Origin: Flectonema sp. DT1601
Taxonomy: Eukaryota
Length of the DNA stretch: 64,000 bases
Assembly (NCBI GenBank): GCA_964019425.1
Contig: OZ025803.1
Location: 310,001 to 374,000 of the forward strand
Reading direction: 5' to 3'
This document shows, piece after piece, positions 46,210 to 58,900 of this stretch. The first letter of the stretch is position 1; the number at the start of each line of letters is the position of its first letter. Below the pieces are notes generated by a model. That model worked only from the letters and a program-made list of their open reading frames with translations, was not told where the DNA came from and searched no databases. The translations under genes and the position numbers were made by a program.

Positions 46210-47562
46210 TTATCTACGGTAGTTCGAAGAGGTGATACTAGTTGGCGGCATATCAGAACTTCTCTGCACGTTGTAAATGATGTTCGGAGCCTTCACTTGT
46301 TCTTTATTATAAAAAGATCGAATGTCTTTATTCCTTGGTTCCCACAGCCAAGGTTTACTAGGATGGGAATCTAATATTACATCAGTGAGGTCTGACGTTG
46401 ATCTGTGCTTCATGAAGAGCTTCACTATTTGAGAAACCGATTGAGAAGTTTCCTTATTTTGAAGTTGCATTTGTTTAAATACAAGTTTTGCCGTCGTGTA
46501 TGGTGCTGAAGCTGGTCCGGTAGAAGCAAGTCGGCAACAGCGAAGGAAATAAACGAATTCCTTCTCTGTCAGAGGTCTCAAATTGTTTATGGAGGAGACG
46601 AATAGAAGACATTCTTGAAAATTCGCAGCAAGTGAAATAGTTGACAAGACAAGCGAATCCAAACGGAGTGATGAACAATGTCGGGACTTTGCTTCTGTCA
46701 ACAGTCGTTTTGCTGCAGAAATGTTTCTCTCTTTTTCTGCGAGGCCAAGAAGCACATAGTATGTTGACTCATCGGGTTTCACGTCGTACTTTTTGAATTC
46801 ATTTTTAACAAACTCTTCAGCGTCCTGAAGTGTGCTAAACATTCTTATGTAGTAGTTGAGACCAACAATTTCTTCCAACAGTCTGTTTGAGAGATATTTC
46901 GAAGCTCTCAGTCGTAAGTCTCTACGAACGTCAGGTTGATACCTTTCACCACCTTTGAGTAAGCAATTAGAATATGCTCTCAGAATACTGAGTATGTCAG
47001 TACGAGACAATACATCAGTTGCATGAATTCTCTGAAATACATTCTCACTGCGTTTGATGTCCCCAGCAACTGATGCATGTTGAAGAAAGAGTCTGAAAGT
47101 AGTTGTGTTTCGAGGGATGTTTTTATAAAACATATCTTTGTATACTTTTTCGAATATACCTTCCTGAGAACTCTTAAATAAATAGCTTAGTATCAAGTTA
47201 TAAGTTTCAGTATTTGCCGTTCCTAATTGGTCCCTGAGCTTGAAATTTGCCATTAGTTTCCCGCGAGTCTTTTTTTCGTTATCTTTTCCCCTCCTGCAGT
47301 TGACCCAAACCTTGTTGAGTTCTTTCGCTGATTTCGCGTCATCAATATCGAGATTAGTATCAAAGCTCGCCTTGTTCCAGTGCTTTGTAAAAACAACAGA
47401 TGGGTAGCTCACTTTCCTCATTACAATCACCTGGTCGAGTAGTTGATAAATCTCCTTCCCAATGTCTGGAACTGTTATCGTATTCGGTTTCGACTTGTAC
47501 AGCCCGTCTTCAATTTCTCGCATCAGATCCATAAAACACATCAGTCGTCGTGTTTTAATCAT
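46210..47562 (-). CDS. Pentatricopeptide repeat (PPR) protein
   Basis: PPR-like units TYNLILSYL...VYKDM...IPRNTTTFRLFL and DVKPDESTYYVLL. First in-frame ATG is at 47562. Confidence 0.75.
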   Translation of the reverse strand: MIKTRRLMCFMDLMREIEDGLYKSKPNTITVPDIGKEIYQLLDQVIVMRKVSYPSVVFTKHWNKASFDTNLDIDDAKSAKELNKVWVNCRRGKDNEKKTRGKLMANFKLRDQLGTANTETYNLILSYLFKSSQEGIFEKVYKDMFYKNIPRNTTTFRLFLQHASVAGDIKRSENVFQRIHATDVLSRTDILSILRAYSNCLLKGGERYQPDVRRDLRLRASKYLSNRLLEEIVGLNYYIRMFSTLQDAEEFVKNEFKKYDVKPDESTYYVLLGLAEKERNISAAKRLLTEAKSRHCSSLRLDSLVLSTISLAANFQECLLFVSSINNLRPLTEKEFVYFLRCCRLASTGPASAPYTTAKLVFKQMQLQNKETSQSVSQIVKLFMKHRSTSDLTDVILDSHPSKPWLWEPRNKDIRSFYNKEQVKAPNIIYNVQRSSDMPPTSITSSNYRR

Positions 47563-47764
47563 TGTTGTATTACTGCTTTCCTTTACTGTCGGCTGCAACT
47601 ACACCATACGGATGTGATCTGTTGAACTGAGGAAATTAAAATTGAGATCTCTGTCAACATTATAAATAGTTCTGAAACAAGTCCAGTCATCGTAGCAGCG
47701 ATCTCTTCCAACGAAGAGACTGTCCAGCTGTCGCTCGTAGTGTAAGTTGTCATCTGTGTTGACG

Positions 47765-48949
47765 TCAGAGGATGTGGTGCTCAAATAAAATCATTTGTTT
47801 TGCGAGCTGCTTCTCTACGAGACGAGCCTTTTTCTTTACATTTCTTAAAATAATTCTATCCGCTACCCGAACAGCAATTGCAGCATTGCGACTGCTGGGA
47901 GCGCGATTGGATTCCTCCAGCCACTCTGTGTCTTGAGACTCAGGAATTTGGAAAGTGCGGAGGGCACTACGACAGAAAGAATGAATTGCTCTCCACGTGT
48001 TCCACTCGTTTTGTGTTGAAACGGGTGCGTCTGTCGGTACAATTCCATCAGCGTGAGACAAGTATCGAATTCTTAAGAATCGCAGCAGATCTGAAGAAGG
48101 ACCTGCTTTTGTGAGGAACAATTCCGGAGGGTCAGCTTTTTGTTTAAATAAATCCAACTCGTCAATCATCTCACCGTCTGCAGCTTTTTGAAGGTCAGGC
48201 AGCGGCGGAATATAAAATGGAAATGTCGCATGTCTGGCGTCAGCGTCTGAGAATCCGTAAACTACTACTTGGTCCCATCCACCAAAAGTATTGTACTTTA
48301 GAGTGATTTCTTCTCCACACTTATATCGTCTATCAGCAGAGAAAACAAAGTCGTCGCCGTCTAATTCGAAGTCTGCATTTCCATCTATGTGATGATTGAA
48401 CATATCTCCGTAAGGAAGGAGAAGCCACTCGGTGTTGTTATTTGTTGTCGTGAATCCCCTCGTTCGTAAAATACAATTTGTATAACACCATTCATCGTAT
48501 GTTAAGTATTCTTCGACGGGGGGATATTCGTTTCGGAGTTCCTGCTGAAGGCGGTTTGCCATTTTAATACGAAGATCAGTTCCAAGAAGTTCTAAGTCGT
48601 CGTCATCCCATGCGGTTATGGTAGTGAATTGTTTTGGGAGGGTTGCAATCCATTTTGAGTATTTAGAGTCCTCACCTCTTTTGATGTGTCTGTTGAGTGA
48701 AACACACATTTGATGTCTTTTTGATAAGTCTTCTAAATCATCTTCGTCTCCACAAAAATGGATTTCCTTTGGGATTCGTAAGAATACTTCTCCAACTTCG
48801 ATATCCTTTTCAGTAACTAATCCTCGTCCTCCTTTTCCTTCGCCTACCCAACACAATTTTACTTTCCGAACTGCGCCTTCAATTTCGTCAATAAATTCTT
48901 CCAATTGGAACGCTGCTAGTGCGTCCTCTCGGACTGTTTCCTCAGCCAT
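47765..48949 (-). CDS. SET-domain lysine methyltransferase (Rubisco LSMT/SETD3-6 class)
   Basis: GRGLV, LLPYGDMFNHH, GEEITLKY, YGF and a C-terminal substrate-binding helical domain. Confidence 0.88.
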   Translation of the reverse strand: MAEETVREDALAAFQLEEFIDEIEGAVRKVKLCWVGEGKGGRGLVTEKDIEVGEVFLRIPKEIHFCGDEDDLEDLSKRHQMCVSLNRHIKRGEDSKYSKWIATLPKQFTTITAWDDDDLELLGTDLRIKMANRLQQELRNEYPPVEEYLTYDEWCYTNCILRTRGFTTTNNNTEWLLLPYGDMFNHHIDGNADFELDGDDFVFSADRRYKCGEEITLKYNTFGGWDQVVVYGFSDADARHATFPFYIPPLPDLQKAADGEMIDELDLFKQKADPPELFLTKAGPSSDLLRFLRIRYLSHADGIVPTDAPVSTQNEWNTWRAIHSFCRSALRTFQIPESQDTEWLEESNRAPSSRNAAIAVRVADRIILRNVKKKARLVEKQLAKQMILFEHHIL

Positions 48950-49365
48950 TTTATTATTCTTTTTACTACAACGCTGGTATTTGAAATAGTTGCTAACTTT
49001 CAGTCACAATGAGAGTTGTTAATTCTAATAAGAGACCACATGATCATAATTTGTGTTGTTTTTTTCATCTTTTAAAAGGAGAGTTGAGTTAAGCTTCAAA
49101 GAAAGTGTTATTAAAACAATTTGTTATCATTTTAACATAAAACCAGTTAGCAATTTACTGGATGACAAAATAACAATTAATTCTGTTGTACACTTCGCTG
49201 AAGGCATTCGTGCTCAGAGGCAACAACACTAATAAACGATTTTTAACACATCAATAAAACACTTTTCAATAGTGTTATAAGACTGTAACCTGTTGGGGTT
49301 GCAGTAAGCGATGATCTGATTCACAACATGTGGTAGCAGACCGGAAGAGAAGTTGTTGAAGTTGA

Positions 49366-49995
49366 TTAGTAGTCGCGACGACCTCCACGTCTGTCGTTGT
49401 TGTCATTTCTTCCTCTGTTGGTATCCCAGTCTTTGTTGTTGTTGTTGTTTCCTCGTCTATCCCAATCACTGTTGTTGTTGGTGTTGTTGTTGTCATTTCT
49501 GTCCCAGTTTCTCTCTCGGTTGTTATCAAAGTCGCGGTTTCCTCGACCTCTGTTGTTGTTGTCGTTATCCCTGTCTCTGTTGTTGTTTCCAAAGTCCCGA
49601 TCATCTCTTCTCCTGTCGTTGTTGTCTTCACGTCTCTTACCTCCCTTTTTCGAGAACTCAACCTTTAATGACTTTCCATCCTTTTCAAAAGGATATCCAT
49701 CTAACATCCTTCTCGCTTCTGATGCGTCGGTGCTGCTTTCGAATACAGCAAAGCCATACACATCACCTCTTGGGGCTGTTTTTAACGTCACTTTCTGAAA
49801 TCCCTGAAATGGGAAGAAGATATCTGTTTGTTTTTTATTCAATGATTCGTTACTCAGAAGTAGTACCGTGACCACCACCTTCAGAGAAGTCCTTATGATT
49901 GCCACAAGTGGTTTACAATTTGTTAAAAAAGACATACGCTTACACTCTCTCTCAGTGGCATCTTGTGGAAGGTTTGAGATATGCAAAGTACTCAT
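49366..49995 (-). CDS. Single-RRM RNA-binding protein with R/D/N-rich low-complexity tail; in-frame intron 49824-49937
   Basis: RNP2 LHISNLP and RNP1 VYGFAVF. Removing the 114-nt GTATGT...CAAACAG intron yields TERECKHIFFPFQGF, a normal RRM helix 1. Confidence 0.85.
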   Translation of the reverse strand: MSTLHISNLPQDATERECKRMSFLTNCKPLVAIIRTSLKVVVTVLLLSNESLNKKQTDIFFPFQGFQKVTLKTAPRGDVYGFAVFESSTDASEARRMLDGYPFEKDGKSLKVEFSKKGGKRREDNNDRRRDDRDFGNNNRDRDNDNNNRGRGNRDFDNNRERNWDRNDNNNTNNNSDWDRRGNNNNNKDWDTNRGRNDNNDRRGGRRDY

Positions 49996-50716
49996 CTTTT
50001 TTATTGCAAACTGTGAAAATAAAAGAAGATCTCAATATCCACAGGGGATTATTACCAAAGGAAGCTGGATGCGTAAACGTAAAAAAAAAAAAAAGAGAAT
50101 CGGCAAAACTTCACTTTTTACTTTCTTACTCACACTTTTGTTTTTGTTTGTGCGCAAATGGTTGCAAAGATTGTGTTCCACTCAAACAGTGGAAGGTTCA
50201 CAATGATATCTCGTAGCAGTCATGTTTGTGTATTTTTGTTTGTGCGCAACCAGGTACAAAATCCTAATAAAGGAATAGGTTAGTTACGCTGCCTCAATTC
50301 TCTTTCTACCGAACGATGGGTTTGTAGGTACAAAAAAAAAAAAAACATCAACGATCTTACTGATGAGAGTAAGAAGCGATTTTTTATATTTAACGTCTTT
50401 TGTTAAGTCAATTTAAGAAAAGACATTAAAAAAAGAAAAGAAAAGATGCGTCAACAATCCGGAGCACATTTTCAATTTCAAGTGATTGTGCTTTTCGGAT
50501 ATTAATCAACAAGGACCCTCCTAAACAACACAAAACAAAAGTGTGTAGTCTACTTTTATCTTGTGTAATATTCCAGGTTTATCTTAAAATGAAAATTAAA
50601 AACAGAGCAGCTAATCCCATCGTTAAGTACGTTATAATTTCACACGATCATCACCAGCGACAACAGAATAGGAATACTGTCGATTCTGTTAATAAACTTC
50701 TGCCGAGTAATCTTTG

Positions 50717-51433
50717 TTATAATTTCGATGAAAGAGAAAGACGAGAAAGAACTTCATTCGTATCAGACAAGTCATCGAATATGATTGCGTTACTGTCAGG
50801 ACCAGCAGCCTTAGCCAGTTGTTCTCTGTTAAAGATTCCCGTTAGTACCCCAACTGGTGTTACTTTGTTATGCGCAGCGGCGTCCATGTCCGCTGGGGCG
50901 TCACCGAAATGAAAGGAACGGACGGCATCTGGAAATTGTGAATTTGCGAATTGGAGACACTCACGGCGGGTGTTGAAATCTCCGCCAAACCCGCCGAACT
51001 TGACCTGAAAATACTGCGACAACTTCATAGCATTTAATTTACGCCAAGCGATAGCTTCCACATTACCCGTTACAAGACCAATTGTTACGTTCGGTTTTCG
51101 AGAAAGTTCTGCCAACAGCTGATGGACGCCTGGAAGAACTTCAAGGCCGTCACCCCATGAAACTCCCTTCTCAGGTTCGTACTTAGAAACCTCGTGGATT
51201 ATGTTTTTCAGCATTGGTAGATTCCAATCGACACCTTTTAGCTTTAACATATCTATAATTATCTCTCTATCAGTTCTACCGTGATGTGGTACTTCTGAAA
51301 CATCACAAATAACACCACTAACTATTTCTAAACCTTTACTGATTGCAATCTTGTGAGTGCTATTCGTTCTTACTACTCCCTTCTTCCCTTTCATAAGAGT
51401 GCAATCAATATCAAAAGTTACTATCGTTGACAT
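50717..51433 (-). CDS. HAD-superfamily hydrolase (phosphoglycolate phosphatase-like)
   Basis: Motif I FDIDCTL, motif II LVTGN and motif IV FGDAPADM. Confidence 0.88.
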   Translation of the reverse strand: MSTIVTFDIDCTLMKGKKGVVRTNSTHKIAISKGLEIVSGVICDVSEVPHHGRTDREIIIDMLKLKGVDWNLPMLKNIIHEVSKYEPEKGVSWGDGLEVLPGVHQLLAELSRKPNVTIGLVTGNVEAIAWRKLNAMKLSQYFQVKFGGFGGDFNTRRECLQFANSQFPDAVRSFHFGDAPADMDAAAHNKVTPVGVLTGIFNREQLAKAAGPDSNAIIFDDLSDTNEVLSRLSLSSKL

Positions 51434-52120
51434 CTTTTTGTTGTTATTTTCAACCTACCCCCTTTTTTATGGGAATTCATTATTTTTTTTGATAATATGC
51501 TCGTGTTTTTTTTGAGCGCTTTTATTTCAATTTAGATCACATAAAATAAAAAATTCGTTGTCGGTAAATATAACAATAATCGAGTGTTTTTCTTTTCCCT
51601 TTTTTTTTTTTTTTTTTCCACCCTGAGAGCACTAGTATATTAACTAGTACTAAAAAATAACATGGTTGTAGCCCCTCATAAAGAAAATACGTCCACACGT
51701 TAAAAAAAATCTTCCTTTTTTTTTTCAAATCAAAAACACATAATATGATGTAATTTTTGCAGACAGGAAGACAGGATGGAAGCAGAGCAAGTCGCGATAA
51801 TCTGGTTAGCCCATAATTCTTTTTCTTTTTCTATCTCAATCGTTTTTTCAAAGAGCCTGTATATATGGGCTGATTAGTAGGGGCGCTACAACCACGAATA
51901 ATAATTAAAAAAAAAAAAAAAATGAACGAAGAAAAAGAAAAAAGATGTGAAACAACTCTCGTTGTGAAGTATAGATGAAAAACCATTCTTTTTTTGAAGC
52001 AGCAAAAGATATGAATTATGAAGGACAAAAAACAAAACTTTTTGTTTAATCATCGGGAAAGACAAAATAAGACAACAAAAAGGAAGGCAAGGGCATCTGA
52101 CATAAGTTCTGCTGTTGGAT

Positions 52121-53762
52121 TCACATTTCAACTGTTGGGTCTTCTACGTACTTTTCAATCATACTTCTCGATATTTCGACTAAATCACCTTCTTTATTGG
52201 TACCCTTGAGTTGTGATGACGTCACGAGGCTGTGTAATACGTCAGCGTATTTGTCATCAATAATTTCTTCACTCTCATCAGAATTTAAAATCTTCATCAC
52301 AACGTCCTGATGCTGCTTTTCTAATTTCTGTAATGCATCTTTTATGGTTCCCAAACTGTGTGTTTTGTTTACAGAAAATCATAACTGAGAAGCAACTATT
52401 ACAAAGATAAAACACATACTGAGCCAACTTCTCACAGAAAGAATTTATGGACTTCCATTTCGCGTTGAAGCAACTGTCTTCGATGCACTCAGTGAAAAAC
52501 TTCTCAATCCATTCTTCCCGTTCTCGTTCATCATTGAGAAGATGGATTTTAGACCAACATTTGACAGCGTGCCACGGAGATCGCAGCAAAGCTCCAATTA
52601 CATCGTCCATGTTCGGAACATTAACATGAAAACTGTTAACACCTGGGCCTATGTATTGCCAGATTGCTGACTTGCCACGATCTCTGCTGCTGGTGTTGAC
52701 AGGAATTGGGCCAGCAGAAAGTTCAAGACAACGTCGTCTTCTGTCTGCTGGTGATAATTTAAAATTGTTACAAAAATCTTCTATCAGAGTACTGGCTGCC
52801 GCTCGGGCCATGTCTGCAGCCTCTTTGGAGTTACCGAATTCTTCAGGGCTGCGGTAGGGGGATCGATCTTGCTTTTTAGCGACTGAATTGATAGTTTTCA
52901 GCATACTGCCATCACTGCAGCGTAAGACTGTTGTGTCGAGATCAACAGCGTTCCCTGTTAGTGTTTTCATTCGATGAACACCAACGTTGTTAGTGTAGTC
53001 ACTAAAGTTTGAACTAAACAATCGAGTCCTCATTTCATTGTATATTTCAATACCGGCATCGAGTAGGTTTCTAAGACCCAACAGAGATAATAACTTTCGT
53101 CTCTCAACACTTTCTCCTTTGACATTTGCGTAATAATGTGGTACTGGATCACCTCTACTGTGTCTCAATATATCTGAAGAATCCCTTATAAGACAACTGT
53201 TACGGGACACGTATTCTTTAATAATTTGATCAAAAGCTCCGTAAACAGAAGCAAGCTTTGACTTGTCTGCAATTGATATGATATTTGATGTATTCTCAAG
53301 TCCGTCGATTTGTTTGTCAATTTGTTTAACAACTTCCAAACAATTTTCATAATTTACTTGACTGAGACCCGGCATCGATTTCGGGGAGACCTTGCGTGCG
53401 ATAGTACGATGTTTTCCTGCAGAATTATATTGTCGGAATTCAATCGCACTTATATGAAATGTCTGTCCACTGATGTTGAAGGCTACCCTAGCTGGGCTAC
53501 CAGCTCGATAATTCCTTTCTAGTTGTTCTTGAATGTTGGGGGGGTATCCAATCTCATACCCTCGTTTAGGATCAAAGGACACCCAACGAATCTTCTCGTT
53601 GTCATTTTCAAGTAAGGCTGCTGCTTCTTGTTGTGTAAAGTAAGCGTTTGCTGCTTTCTCAACATCTCCCCATTTATACATCAGAGTCGACGCTTCGGAC
53701 TGTTGCATTCCCGTCAAAGCAACCAGCAGCTGGGCAGCATCATCATGACCTCCCCTCATCAT
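52121..53762 (-). CDS. UBA-like + WWE domain protein with uncharacterised C-terminal region; intron 52356-52419
   Basis: N-terminal LVALTGM...GDVEKAANAYF (UBA-like) and WWE-like RWVSFD...YPPNIQEQLERNY...FRQYN..GKHRTIAR. The intron joins ORF 52121..52354. Confidence 0.7.
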
Positions 53763-55377
53763 GTTACCGTCTGTGAGTAATTATATTTAACACTAAAAAG
53801 ATAAGACTAGATCTGAGTACTATGTTTGTTGCTGTGATTAGTTATTCACTTCCCTTCTGAGATAAATAAAATATTATTAACTGGCATCTATGCGAACGAC
53901 TCTCGTATAGCGAAACCGGAGTAAGAAACTAACTGGACACCAAGCAAAAACTCGAAAAATAGCAGTTGGGGGGAATACTTTCTTCTTCGAAAATTTACTG
54001 AAAGTGGTCTTCGATTGTGAGAGTAGAATACCCGCTTCACTCTCGCTGTACTAAATTACACTGCCGTTAGACAGGTAAAACAGATTTCGGGAGGTGAAAT
54101 GGTCCCACCATTACATCAAACAACAACACTAACAAAGTGAAATATGTACCTGATCCACCAGCACCACGAGACAAGAAAATAATTTCAAGTCCAAGTTAAG
54201 TGCAACAAAAAGGCCCACGTGTTATATTCCATTTCAAGGAAGTGTCCAAACAAATGGTACTTTTTGATACCAGCAAATCACTCTGTAAGAACCTCAACGA
54301 GTACATAATAGATCAGAATAGTTTAATAGTAAAGATGGCAAAAGTTGCTCAACAGCGAGAACAGTTATGATAAAAGAATGAAAATATTAGCTAGCTAACT
54401 GGCTAATATTCTCATAACAAAAAGAGGGAAACAAGAAATGCACAATGGTCGATCGGTATTTCATACCTAAAAACCTTGCAAGAACAACACAAGTCGATAG
54501 CAAAGATGTAACTGCGTTGGATATGCGCAAGTGATGAAGCAAAACCAAACCAAATCAAAACCAAACAAATTCGTCAGACTGCAGCAACAAAAGACGACTC
54601 CGAGTCTTTTCATTACGAAGTGAAGGAAACTTAAAAAGGAACTCATCGGAAAAAAGTAAGCAAACTGTAAAGATCAGAAAAAAAAAAAAAAAAAAAAAGT
54701 ACTTTTGAAGCAAAACCAAACACTGAGTCAACTTACGAGTAGACGACGCGGATTTATTTAAAGTGAATGATTACCAACACACATCCTACATACAAATTTC
54801 TTACTCATAGCTAACCTACAATGCTGTCTCAGCTTCTTTGCGCAGTGGGAATAGCAGCTCACCCACTCCAGCAATTCTATCAATTAAAAAAGTCCTAAGT
54901 AGCCAGATGAGATTTTAGGAAAACTATACTATACTATAATTGTTAATTAGGTTGTTTTATTTATTTATTTATTTATTAAAATTCAAACACGACTTACGAA
55001 TAACCCTCTGCGTTAAACGTGAAAATAGTAATCAAACTATAGTTACACAAGTGGTAGAAAACTACCTGACTAGTGAGGAGTCCTCTTAAGCGACTTGGTC
55101 GGATGATGTCAAAAGCCTACAAAAACTCAAAATTTCCCCTTCAATTGCACTCCGTTGCGTACCAACGTACAGGAAAGGCAGCTCGTCATTGTCTAAGGTG
55201 GGGGATACATGGTCGTAGAAATATTTTAAAAAAAAGGAAAAAAAAAACCATGCGGCAGCTTACACGAATGCCCCGCCGTAGTAAGGAGTTTACGTATGAA
55301 TCATACCGTCTTGGAGTACGGGTCTTTCATCTATCAAATCTCACAGACCAGTTGTAAGTATTCTGGGAAATGGAAAG

Positions 55378-55412
<35 letters not shown>

Positions 55413-55974
55413 AACAAACGCAAATCAATCGTTGCTGCTACATCAATGTGTTTCGGAATGTAACTAAAACACGATATTTATAGTTATACTACAACTTGGA
55501 TGCTGTGCAGTTGTTTCAGTTTTTTTTTGGTAGTCGATCACAACTAACGAGTAGTTGTAATAAATCAACTACGGCAGTGATTTAGGAAATTTAATTTTTC
55601 TCACATTCAGAGACTAATGATCAAAAAAAAAAAAAAAAAAAAAAAAAAGATAGTAGTAATTCCTTAGGTGGAAAGAAATCGTGAAAAGACAATCGGCGCA
55701 AGCGAGGGCGCCTGAAAAAAAAAAAAAAAAAAAAAGAAATCGCAAACATAATGAACCAAATTCACTAAAAGTAAAATTTGAAACAAAAAAAATAATGGAA
55801 CACTAACAACAACAACAACAACAACAACCCGCTTCGACTAATATTTCGTTGTGTCAAATCAAGCTGTCTCTCCTTTAAACCAAGGCTATTGCTAGCCGCA
55901 ACTTCTCAGAAATGATGTTTCAATCATGTTTACTTCACGTTCCTTGAAGGTAGGAGTTGAGACTCGTAGTTCCG

Positions 55975-58900
55975 TTACGCCAATAAGAACGGATGAGCTT
56001 CCAAAGTTAAGATGTTTGCTCTCTCTTCTGGATCTCTTGTTAAACAACTTCTCGCAAACCCTTCCGCATCCTCAGGTAACGTTGGGATAGTCGGTACTAA
56101 ATTCTTATCAGTTTTCAACTTATAAATAAAAGCTTGTCCTACAAAGTCAGGGATGTTATAAGGAACAGCTCCCGTAAAGAGCTGGCAAAATAGAATTCCG
56201 AGCGACCAAATGTCTGAGCGCTGATCAATTATGCCACCACAAGCCTCAGGAGACATATAAAGAGGAGTTCCTGTCACTTGATTTGACTGGGTTACCTCAG
56301 AAAGAAGAGTTGCTGTACCGAAATCTGCAAGTTTGCATTCTCCTTCATTCGTCATCAGTACGTTGTGTGGTTTCAGGTCTCGATGAACAATGTCATTGTC
56401 GTGCAAGAAAGCCAATCCGTGAACAATATCTCTGGTGTACCTCCTAATTGAAGTTTGAGGTAGTTTGTTATTAAACTCTTGAACAACACGTGCTAGTGAT
56501 CCACCACTTAAGTATTCCATTACAATTAAAACATGTCTTCCGTGAACACAACTTCCCAAGTATCCGACAACATTATCATGACGAAGGGTTTCTAACATAG
56601 ATACCTCTTGCAGTAGTTCTTTTACTTGATTGCGGGCATTTCGAGAGTTGTTCCTCCGACTTCGTCTTCTGTTAGTGAGTTGAGGCATAGCTGGCATAAG
56701 TGATGGCATCGCAGGTGCAGCGTCAGATGCTGCAGATCGATTGCTGAGTGATCCAGCGAGGGGAGAAGCAATTTCAGCGTCTTCGGAAATAGCCGGCAGC
56801 TTCATTACTTTCATTGCAACTAATCCACCCATTGCACTCATACCTAACCAAACATCACCAAATGCTCCTTTTCCAAGAGTTCTATCAGATCTGAACCAAG
56901 TCCTGTCATTAGTGTCACTGAATTGTAATGGAGCTGCTTCCTTACTCGTCGTTGTGATCGGTTCATCATCTTCTTCCTTCTGTCGCTGAGCACTCTGCGC
57001 TTCAATAAGCTGCTGTCGTAATTTCCCCGTCGATGAGTCGGCCGTCGTAGTCGCACGTCTTCCAATACTTGCACCTGATCCACTTCGAACGGACCGACCA
57101 CTTTTAAAACTCCACTTTCGATGTATTGATCCAGGCAGTCCACTTCCAGTTGATGAGTTGCTGCTGCTGGCGAGTCGAGGAACGCCATTCCCTGATTCAC
57201 TTTCACTGAGTTCGTCCGTGTCTACTGTTTTATCTTCCTTTTCGGCTTCTTCTGGGATTACGAGGCCGGCGAGATCTTCAGATTTTCCTTCATAGTCTTC
57301 CCACACACGGCATTGAGTTCGATGATAACCTGTTCCTGCGAGTTCTGAAAGTCGAGCTGGTTCTGTGTGGAGCCAACTTGATATTCGAAATAATCGAATT
57401 GCCTGTTCGTCATCTCTAAACATTGCGAGGTACTCAACTAACTTCGCTTTACACTCGAGAAGTCTTAATTGTCTCAACATACTAAAGGCCTCAACATAAA
57501 GTTGTGAAGCACGACCAGATGGACTTGTTTTTGTACCGAGTAACTCATACACAACTATAGTGTCCCACTGGTCTGCTGATTTCACAGTGTCTACTGGTCG
57601 AGCGTCAACCATAGTCCGCACTGCTACGTAGACCTTGTCCATTATTAAAACTCTAGTCTTTATTTGACGAGAGAGTGAGACCATTCCTGCAAGAATCGAA
57701 GTATTCTGTCCTATTACGATTGGTGCCATCTGTTCCTTAACACCAGCAGAACCAACAAAGAATGTACCGCTGGCGACAGAGATCCCGTACCAAGCTGGGA
57801 AATCAACGTCTCTGAGAGAGACATCGAGTTCTAGTGCGCAGCCACATGCAGCTGCAGCATGCTGGTGATGAGGTCGATGTGTATTCCAGGACACTAAAAC
57901 TCGATTCGCTTCAACGTAAAGTGTGACGCCGTCAAACGCTCGAGCGGTCTCAATAACTTTCTTCACAAAAACATTTATTATTCCACCAGGACCACCAACA
58001 GAAACACTGTCGAGATCTAAATCTATTTCAATTAGAAGAAGAGTTGCGAATTTTGGCCGCAAGTGTCCCGGCATGTCCAGCCAATTCTTTTGGAGTTCTG
58101 CAAGGCGGGCGAGTTCTTTCTCTTGCTGGTCACCACCAAATGAAGAAACAGTATCGGCTGACTTACTTGGGAATAGACCAGGTAAGATTTCTGGTATTGA
58201 AGGTTTCGAGTCAAGGATGGGAACAGAAACTGAATGAACCATCGGTGGGCTTGGTGGTGGCGGCTCTACTTCGATTAGTTGCAACTCACCGCGAGTATTA
58301 TTACGAGACTGATCAACACTATAACTACGAGATAGTAATTCAGGTCTCGTCCCACTTGTTTCATCAACTGAATCCATAACAACTACCGACTGCGGGAGGT
58401 ACGATTTGTAGACACGGAGTGCGTTCACCAGCGCTCCCAAAGATGTTTTTAAACTTTCTTCATAACCGTCGTCTTCACTCATTACTTCTAATGCTCTTGA
58501 AGCTGTGTCCATATTAAACTTAACCAATTCCCAGATTACTATTTCAGTTGCTAAGAGAGTTTGTCTTAAAGACATTACTTGTCTAGTTGTGTTGATGGTT
58601 CCAATACAAAGAGCTGCACATGTCATTACTGGGACAAGTCTGGATCCAAGAGACACAACAAACTGTTCCCATCCCTCAGAACATTTCATATCAGAGATAT
58701 TAGTTAATCCACATCGAGAAGCAGCTTCATCTTCAAAAGGTGAATATAATCCAAAAGGGAAACTATCCTCGATTGATCTGATAGCCAACCAGATTCCCAA
58801 ACCACCGACGCAGCAGAGGCAGACGGATATTCTCGCAGCTGATGCTGCCATTGTTAATATCGTCAGCAACGCAAATGGCCAACCTTCGGCCGATCCTCCT

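Noticed and set aside
47599..47784. In-frame ORF upstream of the PPR gene separated by one TAG (stop read-through or alternative genetic code)
   Set aside because: The upstream peptide is uninformative, overlaps the SET gene end and contains a likely acceptor. TAA, TAG and TGA all terminate genes here.
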